A stretch of DNA of 64,000 nucleotides from IMG/VR virus record IMGVR_UViG_3300003316_000244, positions 1 to 64,000 of that record; one strand, 5' to 3'. Origin of the DNA: a virus. Lineage: Duplodnaviria > Caudoviricetes. Position numbers and translations under genes: made by a program. This document shows positions 17,876 to 27,969 of this stretch, piece by piece; position 1 is the first letter of the stretch; the number at the start of each line of letters is the position of its first letter. Below the pieces are notes generated by a model. That model saw only the letters and a program-made list of their open reading frames with translations. It ran no database searches and was not told where the DNA came from.

Positions 17876-19934
17876 ATATAGATACAATACCATTGTCAAC
17901 TAAAAATTGTAGTATATCAGCATTTTTTATGCCTCTATAAAAATATTTTACAGTTCCAGTTGATGGGTAATTCCCAAGTAATGGATTGGTTGAAAATACT
18001 AAATCATTACTCGAAAAACCTTTTGAGTCTGGTATATTAGTCAATATATTAACCAAGTCAGCAGTTGGAACTTCAGTGAATGTTGTTTTATATAAATCTG
18101 ATCTTAAAAAATAAGAAGTATCTTTTCTTAATCCAACAACTCTATAATTATTTTCAATTGTCATATCAGTTGAATCTCCATTGTCGCTAGTCAACAACCT
18201 AGTAACATCATATATACCATTTGTATAATTATAAATTTGAGGATAATAAGTACACATATTTAACCACTCTGCACCAAATACTGGAACATTATTAATCGTT
18301 TCATCACCACCAGTTCCAATTTTTTCATAATTAGCAGTAGCATTTGCTGGTAGTTCTTCAGTTTCATCATCAGTTGAGATGGTTGCTAACACACCAGCAT
18401 TTCTCCAAACATTAGTTCCAATTTGATTAAAAGTGGCACCATCAGCTAATGTTTCACTAGTTGTTGCCTGAAAAGTTGAAATCGTGTAAAGCTTTCCACC
18501 TGTAAATGTATAGGTTTGTTTTCTCCATATTTCATTTAACTCTTTACGTTCTTCAACTGTCTTACCTGCAACTATACCACTTCTTTCTGAAGTAAATGTA
18601 TTACCTAAAACATCTGTAGACTGTGGTATCTTAAGCCTACCTCTATCTGCTCTATTTCTATCACTTCTTGGTTTATCTGATGGATCATTTCTAATTGTTA
18701 ACTCAGGAGCATAATCAATAATAAACATACCACAAAACTCAGTAAATACACCATTAGGATCATCATCAGTAGTTAAAACTAAATCACCTGTTGTTTGATC
18801 AAATATTTTTTTAGTCCTATTACATGGTAATGTTAATATAAACATACCATCATCCAATATTTCATTATATTGTGATTTATCAAGTAATACAATATTTTTT
18901 TGTGTATCAAAATTACCTGATGCAATATCTTCACTACTAATTGTATTTGGTATAGTATATACTTCAATACTAAAATTACCATTTCGTCTGGAAAAAATAC
19001 CCGTATTAAATTTTACACCAGCATTTATATTTCCATCAAAATCAGATGATTTATTAATACCCATTGCTGATGATGAATCATCTCTATTACCAAAAAATGT
19101 ATCTGATCCCCATATGGCTTCATGATTATCCGTAAATCCTGCACCAAATACAATAACAGATGAAACTAATGTTGCTCTTAATTTAAAATCTTGTCGGGTA
19201 ATTCCAATTTCAAAATTATTTTCATCACCCCAAAATGGTTTAACATCAACTGATATTGTTTGTAATTCAACATTAGGTAATATATCTAAATCTGTGGTTT
19301 TCTTTATTTTATTACCATCAAACAAACTAGCACTATATCCTAATTGACTTATCATTGTTCCGGGTGTCATTGAAAATCTCCCGATGTCAGTAATATCAAC
19401 TGACATATGAACATCCTGAACTCCAATCGGAACACCAAATATCATATAATCACCAATTTCATTACTAACAGTTGTATACTTATAATACTTTTCATAAACT
19501 TCCAAAAATGTTGGGTTGGTTAATATCTCTTCCTTTGTTGGAAAACTACCTACCGGAACTGGTGGTGATACTGCACCCTGTGTTAAAAATTGATTTCCCT
19601 GTGAAACTCTAGGTAATAAATTATATTTTTTACCATCATTATCTTTATCTCTTGTTGATTCATAAGGATATATTGATAATATATCAGGATTCAATTTATC
19701 ATCATCTGTAATTGGAATGAATACTGATATTTTAGCATTTGGAACACCAATATTATTATTGGCTTGAACTTTTCCAACTAACACACCATAATCTGCATTA
19801 AAACTAGAATAAACTTCTGATTGGGATAATTTTAATGAAAGTATTTCTAATGTATCAAAATCCTGATCAAGTTTAATCTTTATATATTTATCTGAAGGAT
19901 TTTTATCAAGCTTAATTTTTATGTTTTTATTCAT
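17874..19934 (-). CDS. Probable virion (baseplate/tail) protein, 686 aa, with N-terminal beta-sandwich
   Basis: ATATTTAT variant at 19954-61; YGVLVGKV...GVPNAKISVF...GDYMIFGVP segment resembling carboxypeptidase-regulatory-like domains. Confidence 0.55.
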   Translation of the reverse strand: MNKNIKIKLDKNPSDKYIKIKLDQDFDTLEILSLKLSQSEVYSSFNADYGVLVGKVQANNNIGVPNAKISVFIPITDDDKLNPDILSIYPYESTRDKDNDGKKYNLLPRVSQGNQFLTQGAVSPPVPVGSFPTKEEILTNPTFLEVYEKYYKYTTVSNEIGDYMIFGVPIGVQDVHMSVDITDIGRFSMTPGTMISQLGYSASLFDGNKIKKTTDLDILPNVELQTISVDVKPFWGDENNFEIGITRQDFKLRATLVSSVIVFGAGFTDNHEAIWGSDTFFGNRDDSSSAMGINKSSDFDGNINAGVKFNTGIFSRRNGNFSIEVYTIPNTISSEDIASGNFDTQKNIVLLDKSQYNEILDDGMFILTLPCNRTKKIFDQTTGDLVLTTDDDPNGVFTEFCGMFIIDYAPELTIRNDPSDKPRSDRNRADRGRLKIPQSTDVLGNTFTSERSGIVAGKTVEERKELNEIWRKQTYTFTGGKLYTISTFQATTSETLADGATFNQIGTNVWRNAGVLATISTDDETEELPANATANYEKIGTGGDETINNVPVFGAEWLNMCTYYPQIYNYTNGIYDVTRLLTSDNGDSTDMTIENNYRVVGLRKDTSYFLRSDLYKTTFTEVPTADLVNILTNIPDSKGFSSNDLVFSTNPLLGNYPSTGTVKYFYRGIKNADILQFLVDNGIVSI

Positions 19935-19992
19935 TTAAGAATCAATATTTTATATAAATATAATCATTTAGTATAATAAATTATTTCAAATA

Positions 19993-20000
19993 GTATTTAT
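19993..20000 (+). promoter_or_regulatory. Putative late promoter GTATTTAT
   Basis: Upstream of the tail tube gene. Confidence 0.55.
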
Positions 20001-20039
20001 CTGTATAAAATAAATATTAATTAAAAAAAAATATAAAAA

Positions 20040-20531
20040 ATGGCAAATCAATTAACTAGAGGTGTACCATTTGAATATGAACCTAAACGAGAAAATAGAT
20101 TCTTTGTTGAATTTCCAGATGAACTCGGTATTGAAGTTTGGAAGGTTCAAACTATTAAAAGACCTCAAATAAATATTAACTCTGTTGAAATTCCTTTTAT
20201 TAATGAATCTCAATGGGTAGCGGGTAGATATACTTGGCAACCAATGGATATTACTTTTATTGATACTATTGGTCCAACAACTTCAACCCAATTAATGGAA
20301 TGGGTTCGTTTACATGCTGAATCCCTTACAGGGAGAATGGGGTACGCTCAGGGATATAAAAAGAATTTAATTTTAAAATCATTAGACCCAACTGGTGTTG
20401 AGATAGAAAAGTGGTTTCTTGAGCAATGTATGATTACTAGTGCTGATTTTGGTAACAATGATATGAGTTCTGATGCATTACAAAATATAACACTTACATT
20501 GCAACCTTATAGATGTATATTAAACTTCTAA
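20040..20531 (+). CDS. Tail tube protein (T4 gp19-like)
   Basis: YEPKRENRF...RP.I....VEIPFIN..WVAGRYTW..MDITF..T...LMEW...YKK.L.L..LDPTG...EKW.L; sheath gene nearby. Confidence 0.85.
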   Translation: MANQLTRGVPFEYEPKRENRFFVEFPDELGIEVWKVQTIKRPQININSVEIPFINESQWVAGRYTWQPMDITFIDTIGPTTSTQLMEWVRLHAESLTGRMGYAQGYKKNLILKSLDPTGVEIEKWFLEQCMITSADFGNNDMSSDALQNITLTLQPYRCILNF

Positions 20532-20547
20532 AATATTAATTATAATT

Positions 20548-20583
20548 AAAAAGAGAAATATAAAATTTATATTTCTCTTTTTT
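20548..20583. terminator. Bidirectional intrinsic terminator
   Basis: AAAAAGAGAAATATAAA / TTTATATTTCTCTTTTT inverted repeat. Confidence 0.8.
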
Positions 20584-20605
20584 TATGGAAATTTGATTAT
20601 AAACA

Positions 20606-22414
20606 TCAATATTTTTTATTCCATACAAATCTCATATTACCAGAATCATATACAATATGATATCCAAGTTCTAACATAATTTCAAATTCATGTTTATTTT
20701 CATCATATCCGAGTTTAGTTAATACATCACGTCTAAATGAAAAACGATGATACTTTTTATATGTATTATTTTTTACATACCAATAACCGGGTTCAGTATC
20801 ATTCATATAAACAAAATCCGTTGATTTATAACTTTCACCATCAAAATATCTTTTATCTACAAGAGATATTATTTGTTTTGGATCAATTTCATTAATAAAA
20901 TGTTTTACTAGTTTACTAAAACCACCATGAACTTTATAATTAAGTTTTTTACAAAACCTAAGTAATTCAAAATGTCCATCAATGTTTATATCTTTTTCAC
21001 CATTTGATTTTCTTTTTTTCCCAAAACCAATAACAGCAACTAATTCACTATTATGCATTAATCCATATTTATGTTTGGTTGCTACACGTCCTTGGATGTG
21101 ATTTTCATTTAAAAATTGTGTATATGTTTTACTATCAAGTTCTTTAATTATACATTTTCTTGCATAAACTTTATGGTCATAAATATTAAATTTAGATTTG
21201 ATTATTGATTTAACTATTTCTTTTTTATTAGTCCATTCATCTTCAAATATTTGATATAATTTGATTCCTAATGTTTTGGTTTCATTTAATTTATTAATAT
21301 GATAATCTTTTTCCTTAAAAAGGATAGAATGCCAATATGTACCATCACATTCAAATCCCAAATTAAGTTCTGGTAAAAATATATCTATTGATTTTTTATT
21401 ATCTTTATTATAAATGTATGATCTAATAATTTTTTTAGTTGGTAATAATGATTTAATATAATCACCTATTTCTTGTTCTTTTATTGATTTAGCAGTTTCA
21501 GGAGGAAAACATTTGGTACAAAACATATTTAATTTATAAATATAATATCTTGTATATAATAAATATCTATTAATTTTAAATTCATCATGTAATGGACAAT
21601 GATTTTTAACAATAACTTCTTTTGTTTTTTTCTGTAAATCTATTTCTAATGTTGGATACCTCGATTTGAAATTATTTGATATTGTTTCATATCTTTTTTC
21701 ACTAAGTTTCTCATTATGTAATGGATAAATAACACCATATTTTTCTAAATTAGTTTTATCCCTTTTCTTTCTAACATTTTCATCTGACATTGGTCCGCGT
21801 GAACCATATTTTTCTAAATTAGTTTTATATATTTTATTTTTAATTTCTTCATTATTAAATGGATTTTCAACCCCATATTTTTCAAGATTTGTTTTCTTTG
21901 TTTTTTCATTAATTTCTTCATTTCGAAGAGTACATTCAACCCCATATCTTTCCAAGTTAGTTTTTTTCAATTTCTCCTTAAGTTCTGGAGAATGCATCAT
22001 ATTTTCAACACCATAATTTTTGAGTAATGTTTCTTTTTTCTTTTCTTTTACTGAATCTAATTGATTATGACTTTCAACACCATATTTTTCAAGAAATCCT
22101 TTTTTTGTATTTTGTTTTTTTTGATTGGACTGATTGGTGCATTTAATAGAGCAAAATTGATTATAACCTTCACTGATTTTTTCTCTGAAATTAACTTCAT
22201 TAATACCACAATGTTTGCATTTTGCAATTTCAGTTAATTCATAAATATAATTATAAACCTTCTGATTAAAAGGTATTTCTAACATTTTCAAGTTTAAAGG
22301 GAAATTAATTATCTTATCATACAATTCAGGTTTGTTTTTAGATAACCAACTTACTTTGGTTTTATGACCAGATTTGTTGTCTGTAGTAAAAAAATCGAAG
22401 ATTTCTTGTTTCAT
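20606..22414 (-). mobile_element. Free-standing Hef-like homing endonuclease with Zn finger and six 23-aa repeats
   Basis: CKHCG..FCSIKC; KKTNLEKYGV repeats; PD-(D/E)xK-like IDIFLPELNLGFECDG.YWH; C-terminal RKC.IKE...FLNENHIQG...ELLRFC...GGFSKL domain; antisense between tube and sheath. Confidence 0.7.
21730..22110 (-). repeat. Six degenerate 69-bp (23-aa) tandem repeats
   Basis: The Tyr-Gly codon anchor recurs at 21736, 21805, 21874, 21943, 22012 and 22081. Confidence 0.85.
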
Positions 22415-22436
22415 TTATTCTTTCTATGCTTAAAAA

Positions 22437-22444
22437 GTATTTAT
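22437..22444 (+). promoter_or_regulatory. Putative late promoter GTATTTAT
   Basis: Upstream of the tail sheath gene. Confidence 0.55.
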
Positions 22445-22488
22445 CAACAAAGATAATTTAAATTTTATTTTAAAACAAACAAATAAAT

Positions 22489-25191
22489 ATGGCTAATGGT
22501 TTTGTTTTTGTTTCACCCGGCATAAAATATCGCGAAAGAGACTTAACATTTGTACAAAGAAATATTGGTGTAACTACATTAGGTGTTGTTGGTGAATTTC
22601 CAAAAGGACCAGCATTTGAACCTATTTTCATTCAGGATAAAGGTCAGTTAAGAACCAGATTTGGTGATAAAAATGATGAAAAATTTGGTGGTCAACCAAA
22701 ATATCAAGCTAATTATGTAGCTAGTGGTTATTTGGATGAATCCAGTCAACTTTATGTTACTAGAGTTTTAGGTCTTTCAGGTTATGATGCAGGTAAAGGA
22801 TGGGCATTGACACTTAGTGCTGGTGTTGATTCAACTACAACTGGAAGTACTGGTGTATCTGGTTTTACTTCCGGAGTAACATTTACAAATAATTTTTATA
22901 AAGGTGATAGCATATTAACTAACGGTCAAACTGGTACTATATTTACTGGTTTTACTAAAGTTAGTTCAACTACTTTCGAAGGTATTATTGAAGACTATGT
23001 TGTTACTTCCTTATCTGGAGGAAGTGGTACGCTTAATTCTACAACACATGTTGTAAGTGGTTCTTCAATTTCACAATATGAAGGAATGGTTCTTGCTATT
23101 ATTCGTTCAAGAGCAACAGTTGAAGACATTGAAGATGGTAATCCTGTTGTTGTATTTGATGCCACATCATTAGCAATTACTGCTAATTCAACTGATGATG
23201 GTACTGGTGATTTATTTAATGATTTCACATTAACAGCAAGCAGTACTGCAGGTACTGAATCTTATGTTGTTTCATTAAACATGAATTCACGTGATTTTAT
23301 TACTAACGTTATTGGTGATAAACCAAAAGGAAAAAATACTAAAATTTATGTTGAAGCAGTGTATTCTGATTTAATTAAAAAATTAGATGCTGAAGGTTTT
23401 GCTTATGGTGTAAATACATCAGTTGTTACTTTAAATAATTCTGTTTTTACTGATTATAAAGAAGAATTCCAAACACCTGAAACACCATTTGTTGTTTCAG
23501 AGTTACGTGGTAATTCAGTATCAAGATTATTTAGATTTGTTTCAATTTCTGATGGTAATGCAGCAAACGAAGAAATCAAAATTTCAATACTTAATGTTAA
23601 TCCACAGACAAAAGAATTTGATATTATTATCCGTGATTTTAATGATACTGATGAAAATATTGTTGCACTTGAATCATTCAGAAGATGTTCAATGAGAAAA
23701 TCTTTAAATAACTATGTTGGTAAAAAGATTGGTACAATTGATGGCAATTATGCGGCACAAAGTTCATTTGTTAAATTAGAAATTGATCCAAATGCACCAG
23801 AAGATGCATTTGCTGCAGGTTTTGAAGGATATTTATTTAGAGATTTTGGTACTGGTACTACTGGTTTATCAACTGTTAAATCACCACAGTTATTTTATAA
23901 ACAAGAATATTTAGATACCGATAGAGTAAATAGAGTATATTTAGGTATTACTGAAAAAGCATATGATACTGCAACATCAAGAGGTACTGGTTTTAATAAA
24001 CAGTATTTCAAATATTATGGTGCAGTTAAAAGTGGTTTTATAAAAACTAAAGGATTTCATTTAGATTCAGGTGCTACTGGAACATACTTTGATGGTGAAA
24101 CTGAAATTGGTCAATTTGAGGTTGGTGAAGGAAGAATTAGAACTGCTGCAGATGTTGCAAAAACATCTAATCCATATAATGATATTTTAACTAGAAAATT
24201 CACACTTGTTCCTTATGGTGGTTTTGATGGTTGGGATGAGCATAGAATTAGTAGAACTAATACTGATATATATGCTATTGGTCAAGCTTTTGATGGTGTA
24301 CCTGATGGTTCAACATCAGCAACTAATGATTATCAAGCATGGCAAGCTGCAATTAATACATTTTCAAATCCTGAATCTGTAACTATAAATGTATTTACTA
24401 CTCCGGGTATAAATTGGAGTGATAATCTTGGACTTGTTAGACAATCTATTGATATGGTTGAACAAGAAAGAGGTGATAGTTTATATGTTATTGATGCTCC
24501 AAGACTTGAAGGTGCTGATGTAAAAGATGTTGTTGATCTTTTAGATGTAGCAGGTATTGATAGTAACTACTCTGCAACATTCTATCCTTGGGTTCAAATT
24601 CAAGATGATGTTAATGGTGTTAATATATTTGTACCACCAACTGTTGAAGTTGTTAAAAGTATTGCATTCACTGATAAAATTAAATTTCCTTGGTTTGCAC
24701 CTGCTGGTTTACAAAGAGGTACTACTGATGCAAAACTTGCAGATATTACATTATCTAATGCTCAAAGAGATACATTATATTCTGGTAGAATTAATCCAAT
24801 GGCAACATTCCAAAATGTTGGTGTTGCAATATGGGGTCAAAAAACATTACAAGTTAATGAATCTGCTCTTAATAGAATTAATGTTAGAAGATTATTATTA
24901 CAATTAAGAGTACTTATCTCTAATGTAGCAAACAGATTATTATTTGAACAAAACGATCAAACTACAATTGATGAATTCCTAAGTAAAGTTAATCCAATAT
25001 TGGATAATGTTAAGAGAGAAAGAGGTATACAACAATTCAGAATAAAAATGGATAATAGTATTAACACACCTGAATCAATTGATAGGAATGAATTATATGG
25101 TGAAATATCGATTATACCAACACATTCAGTCGAATTTATAGGGTTAACCTTTACTTTAACACCTACTGGTGCTTCTTTTGATAATATTTAA
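22489..25191 (+). CDS. Tail sheath protein (T4 gp18-like)
   Basis: VSPGIKYRERDL, GPAFEP, SNYSATFYPW, PWFAPAG..RG, RINVRRLL, P..S.EFI. Confidence 0.93.
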   Translation: MANGFVFVSPGIKYRERDLTFVQRNIGVTTLGVVGEFPKGPAFEPIFIQDKGQLRTRFGDKNDEKFGGQPKYQANYVASGYLDESSQLYVTRVLGLSGYDAGKGWALTLSAGVDSTTTGSTGVSGFTSGVTFTNNFYKGDSILTNGQTGTIFTGFTKVSSTTFEGIIEDYVVTSLSGGSGTLNSTTHVVSGSSISQYEGMVLAIIRSRATVEDIEDGNPVVVFDATSLAITANSTDDGTGDLFNDFTLTASSTAGTESYVVSLNMNSRDFITNVIGDKPKGKNTKIYVEAVYSDLIKKLDAEGFAYGVNTSVVTLNNSVFTDYKEEFQTPETPFVVSELRGNSVSRLFRFVSISDGNAANEEIKISILNVNPQTKEFDIIIRDFNDTDENIVALESFRRCSMRKSLNNYVGKKIGTIDGNYAAQSSFVKLEIDPNAPEDAFAAGFEGYLFRDFGTGTTGLSTVKSPQLFYKQEYLDTDRVNRVYLGITEKAYDTATSRGTGFNKQYFKYYGAVKSGFIKTKGFHLDSGATGTYFDGETEIGQFEVGEGRIRTAADVAKTSNPYNDILTRKFTLVPYGGFDGWDEHRISRTNTDIYAIGQAFDGVPDGSTSATNDYQAWQAAINTFSNPESVTINVFTTPGINWSDNLGLVRQSIDMVEQERGDSLYVIDAPRLEGADVKDVVDLLDVAGIDSNYSATFYPWVQIQDDVNGVNIFVPPTVEVVKSIAFTDKIKFPWFAPAGLQRGTTDAKLADITLSNAQRDTLYSGRINPMATFQNVGVAIWGQKTLQVNESALNRINVRRLLLQLRVLISNVANRLLFEQNDQTTIDEFLSKVNPILDNVKRERGIQQFRIKMDNSINTPESIDRNELYGEISIIPTHSVEFIGLTFTLTPTGASFDNI

Positions 25192-25204
25192 TTTATTTTT
25201 CATT

Positions 25205-25235
25205 AAAAAGGTTGTAGAAATACAACCTTTTTTTT
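25205..25235. terminator. Bidirectional intrinsic terminator
   Basis: AAAAAGGTTGTA-GAAA-TACAACCTTTTTTTT. Confidence 0.88.
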
Positions 25236-25452
25236 ATTCCCAAAACCAAAATCCACTCATAACATCTTTCCAAAAAGTTTCCTTTCTATTTAAAGGATAA
25301 ATGTAAATAAAACTGTTAAAATTTTTATTTATAAGTAAATTTTTATCAGATTTAATATCTAAATTTTTAAATAAATTATTTAAACTTTGTTCGTTATTAC
25401 TTTTTAATGTAATTATAATTTTTTCATTGATTTCAAAATTTAAACTTTTCAT
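25234..25452 (-). CDS. Small hypothetical protein
   Basis: Part of a chain of overlapping minus-strand ORFs. Confidence 0.5.
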   Translation of the reverse strand: MKSLNFEINEKIIITLKSNNEQSLNNLFKNLDIKSDKNLLINKNFNSFIYIYPLNRKETFWKDVMSGFWFWE

Positions 25453-25688
25453 ATAAATTGTATATTATTAATATAGTTATTAAAAGTATAATAAAAATTT
25501 TCATTATCATAAATTGATAAAACTCCAAAATATTTTGGAGTTTTATCTTTAATATTTACCACAAGAGGTACACTATTATAACGTGCTTTATTGAACTTAT
25601 TCAAAATTAAAATACCATCAAAAGATTTTATATGAATTTTAAGCTCATTCATACTATCAGTTTTATATATTTTTATAGTTAAAATCAT
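25449..25688 (-). CDS. Small hypothetical protein
   Basis: ATGA overlap chain. Confidence 0.5.
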   Translation of the reverse strand: MILTIKIYKTDSMNELKIHIKSFDGILILNKFNKARYNSVPLVVNIKDKTPKYFGVLSIYDNENFYYTFNNYINNIQFI

Positions 25689-25691
25689 ATT

Positions 25692-25952
25692 CTATAATCC
25701 AATAATGGAATGCTTAAGAAGAGGAGAATCAATATAACTTAATGAAATTGAAACAAAGAAACTAGAATCTTTATAATTAGAATTTGATAAATTTTTTATA
25801 TTAGTAGTTAATAGATTATATTTATATTTTATCTTTGGAGCACTATAATGTTTAACGCTAATAATAAGTCTATTTGATAAATTTTTATCGTTTTTAAAAA
25901 TTTTTATAATCATTAGCATATTATATTTAATCCAAATTAATATGTATACCAA
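25692..25952 (-). CDS. Small hypothetical protein
   Basis: Chain of coupled ORFs; true start may be an internal Met. Confidence 0.45.
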   Translation of the reverse strand: MVYILIWIKYNMLMIIKIFKNDKNLSNRLIISVKHYSAPKIKYKYNLLTTNIKNLSNSNYKDSSFFVSISLSYIDSPLLKHSIIGL

Positions 25953-26146
25953 AAATAATCAATAGCAAGATTAAATCCATCTATTTTTGTAATGAAAATA
26001 TTTGTTATATCATTCTGATTTCTTTTATTTTTAAGTTTTTTAAATAAAGTATTTATTCCATAATTTTTATTTTTTAATAAAATATTTAATTGTGTTGGAT
26101 TTGTAATCCATATTTTTTGAGTATTTATTTCAATTTTTAATTTCAT
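25937..26146 (-). CDS. Small hypothetical protein
   Basis: Chain of coupled ORFs. Confidence 0.5.
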   Translation of the reverse strand: MKLKIEINTQKIWITNPTQLNILLKNKNYGINTLFKKLKNKRNQNDITNIFITKIDGFNLAIDYFWYTY

Positions 26147-26547
26147 ATATAAAATTTATTTTCATTGATCATAATACAAGTCTCATTTAATTCATAAATT
26201 TTATTATATTTTCTTTTATTATAAAATGATTCTAATTTAGAATCACAACTTAAAATAATTGGAGTATTAATATAATTTATTACACCATTTAATAAAATGG
26301 TAGCATAACCTTTACATTGATGATCTGGATGAGTATTTAATCCAAAAATTTCATAAAATTTGAGATTCATTGGTGATATACAAAATCCAAGAAAAGAAAT
26401 TAAATCTTCATTATTAAATAAACCTAAATATTTGTTAATTAATAAATTTCCGAAAACCAAATTATCATTATTGTAATTTAAATTTACAATCTTGTTACAT
26501 TTTTTTAAATCAATTTCTGACTCAATAAATTTCATTTTCATAAACAT
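26143..26547 (-). CDS. GNAT-family acetyltransferase-like protein
   Basis: GLNTHPDHQCKGYATILL (motif A Q/RxxGxA) and FYNKRKY (motif B-like). Confidence 0.6.
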   Translation of the reverse strand: MFMKMKFIESEIDLKKCNKIVNLNYNNDNLVFGNLLINKYLGLFNNEDLISFLGFCISPMNLKFYEIFGLNTHPDHQCKGYATILLNGVINYINTPIILSCDSKLESFYNKRKYNKIYELNETCIMINENKFYI

Positions 26548-26770
26548 AAATATTTAAATGATTATCAATATTATAAATTGATGATTTTATACTCTGTAAA
26601 TTTATTCTCATTATATTACTAAGAACAAAAATTTCAATATAATAATCTTCAAAAAAAAATGTAATATTATCTTGAGATGATGACAATAACTTATTTTTTA
26701 ATATAAATTTTTTTATAAAATTAGTTTTTGAAGCTAGAGGTAGGTAAATTTTAATGTTAGTTGTGTTCAT
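26522..26770 (-). CDS. Small hypothetical protein
   Basis: Chain of coupled ORFs. Confidence 0.5.
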   Translation of the reverse strand: MNTTNIKIYLPLASKTNFIKKFILKNKLLSSSQDNITFFFEDYYIEIFVLSNIMRINLQSIKSSIYNIDNHLNIYVYENEIY

Positions 26771-26976
26771 TTTTTATTTAAATTAATTGTAATAAAATCA
26801 ATACTATTATAACTAAAATAAACAGTTATCTTTTTATAATTTTCATTTTTATATACATTAAAATTAGTAAATTTATAATAATATTTATTTTTTTTTAATA
26901 AATCATTTTTTAAACAAAATTTATGAATAATTTTATTTATTGTTGATGGACTGTTACCATTAATAATAATTTTCAT
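26767..26976 (-). CDS. Small hypothetical protein (69 aa), member of a tandem microprotein family
   Basis: C-terminal TVYFSYNSIDFITINLNKK shared with the upstream ORF. Confidence 0.55.
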   Translation of the reverse strand: MKIIINGNSPSTINKIIHKFCLKNDLLKKNKYYYKFTNFNVYKNENYKKITVYFSYNSIDFITINLNKK

Positions 26977-27067
26977 TTTTATTTAAACAAATAGTGATGA
27001 AATTAATTGTATTACAACTAAAATAAACAGTTGAACCCTTATTACCATTATTAATATTAATAATCAT
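26960..27067 (-). CDS. 35-aa microprotein absent from the ORF track; paralog of 26767..26976
   Basis: Hand translation MIININNGNKGSTVYFSCNTINFITICLNKNENYY; 17-bp exact repeat (26811-27 = 27016-32). Confidence 0.5.
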   Translation of the reverse strand: MIININNGNKGSTVYFSCNTINFITICLNKNENYY

Positions 27068-27068
27068 T

Positions 27069-27230
27069 TTATTTTTTAATTAGGATAATTGATATATAAT
27101 TTACTTTTCTTAAAAAGAAATATATATCAATATAATCATATTTTTCATTATGATTTATAAACATATCTTCATTTAAAGAAGAATTATATTTCCTTTTTGA
27201 TAATGAATATTTATTGATACTAATAATCAT
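27069..27230 (-). CDS. 53-aa microprotein absent from the ORF track
   Basis: Hand translation MIISINKYSLSKRKYNSSLNEDMFINHNEKYDYIDIYFFLRKVNYISIILIKK; abuts the next ORF. Confidence 0.45.
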   Translation of the reverse strand: MIISINKYSLSKRKYNSSLNEDMFINHNEKYDYIDIYFFLRKVNYISIILIKK

Positions 27231-27307
27231 TTAAATTCCTTTTTTGAAGGAAGATCGAGAATAAATTTTTCTTTTAAAGAATCATAATTATTTAAATAAA
27301 TAACCAT
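27227..27307 (-). CDS. 26-aa microprotein absent from the ORF track
   Basis: MVIYLNNYDSLKEKFILDLPSKKEFK with ATGA overlap to the next ORF. Confidence 0.3.
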   Translation of the reverse strand: MVIYLNNYDSLKEKFILDLPSKKEFK

Positions 27308-27360
27308 TTTTAGGAAAATTTTTATTAATAAGTTAATATAGAATCAGATAAATGGTCCAA

Positions 27361-27642
27361 TCATTTAACTTTATTAAATCTTCTTTCTCTTAATTCATGA
27401 ACAGAATAACAATTACTTTGAATAAATTCAATAAATGTATTATAATCGTTTTTTTCTAAAATTAAACAAAATTTATTTTCAGAAGAAGCTATCGCATAAT
27501 CTAATTCATTAATAGATGTCAATTTATATTTTAAATCTATTAAAATATTAATGATATCCATCCATTGATTATCAGATAAGTAAGCTTTTATATAAATATC
27601 ACGATTATCTGATAACCTTAAAGCTTTAACACAATTTATCAT
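27361..27642 (-). CDS. Hypothetical protein (93 aa)
   Basis: ORF in the early-gene array. Confidence 0.55.
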   Translation of the reverse strand: MINCVKALRLSDNRDIYIKAYLSDNQWMDIINILIDLKYKLTSINELDYAIASSENKFCLILEKNDYNTFIEFIQSNCYSVHELRERRFNKVK

Positions 27643-27650
27643 AATTTACA

Positions 27651-27962
27651 TTAATTAATAGTTTTCATTAATCTAATATTTTTCATATATAAATTTTTTT
27701 CTATAATTGATTCAATTTCAGTATGATTATTTTTTTCATATAAATTATCAAAAAATTTAGATAATTGAAAATTATGATAATGTTTATTATATGAAAATCT
27801 ATGACTTATACCAACTGCTCCTTCCATATAATAGGAATTATCAAATAATGATTGAAATGGTTTCTTGGTATGAATTGATAAATATAAATAATTACCAATT
27901 TTAATTTTATAATTAAAATTGTTACATTTTAAGAGTTCTTCAGATAACTTATTGATGTTCAT
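27651..27962 (-). CDS. Paralog-family protein (ELLKCNNFNY family)
   Basis: Shares ELLKCNNFNY...QSL.DNSY..EG with 33174, 47370 and 29078. Confidence 0.65.
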   Translation of the reverse strand: MNINKLSEELLKCNNFNYKIKIGNYLYLSIHTKKPFQSLFDNSYYMEGAVGISHRFSYNKHYHNFQLSKFFDNLYEKNNHTEIESIIEKNLYMKNIRLMKTIN

Positions 27963-27969
27963 TTTTTAT

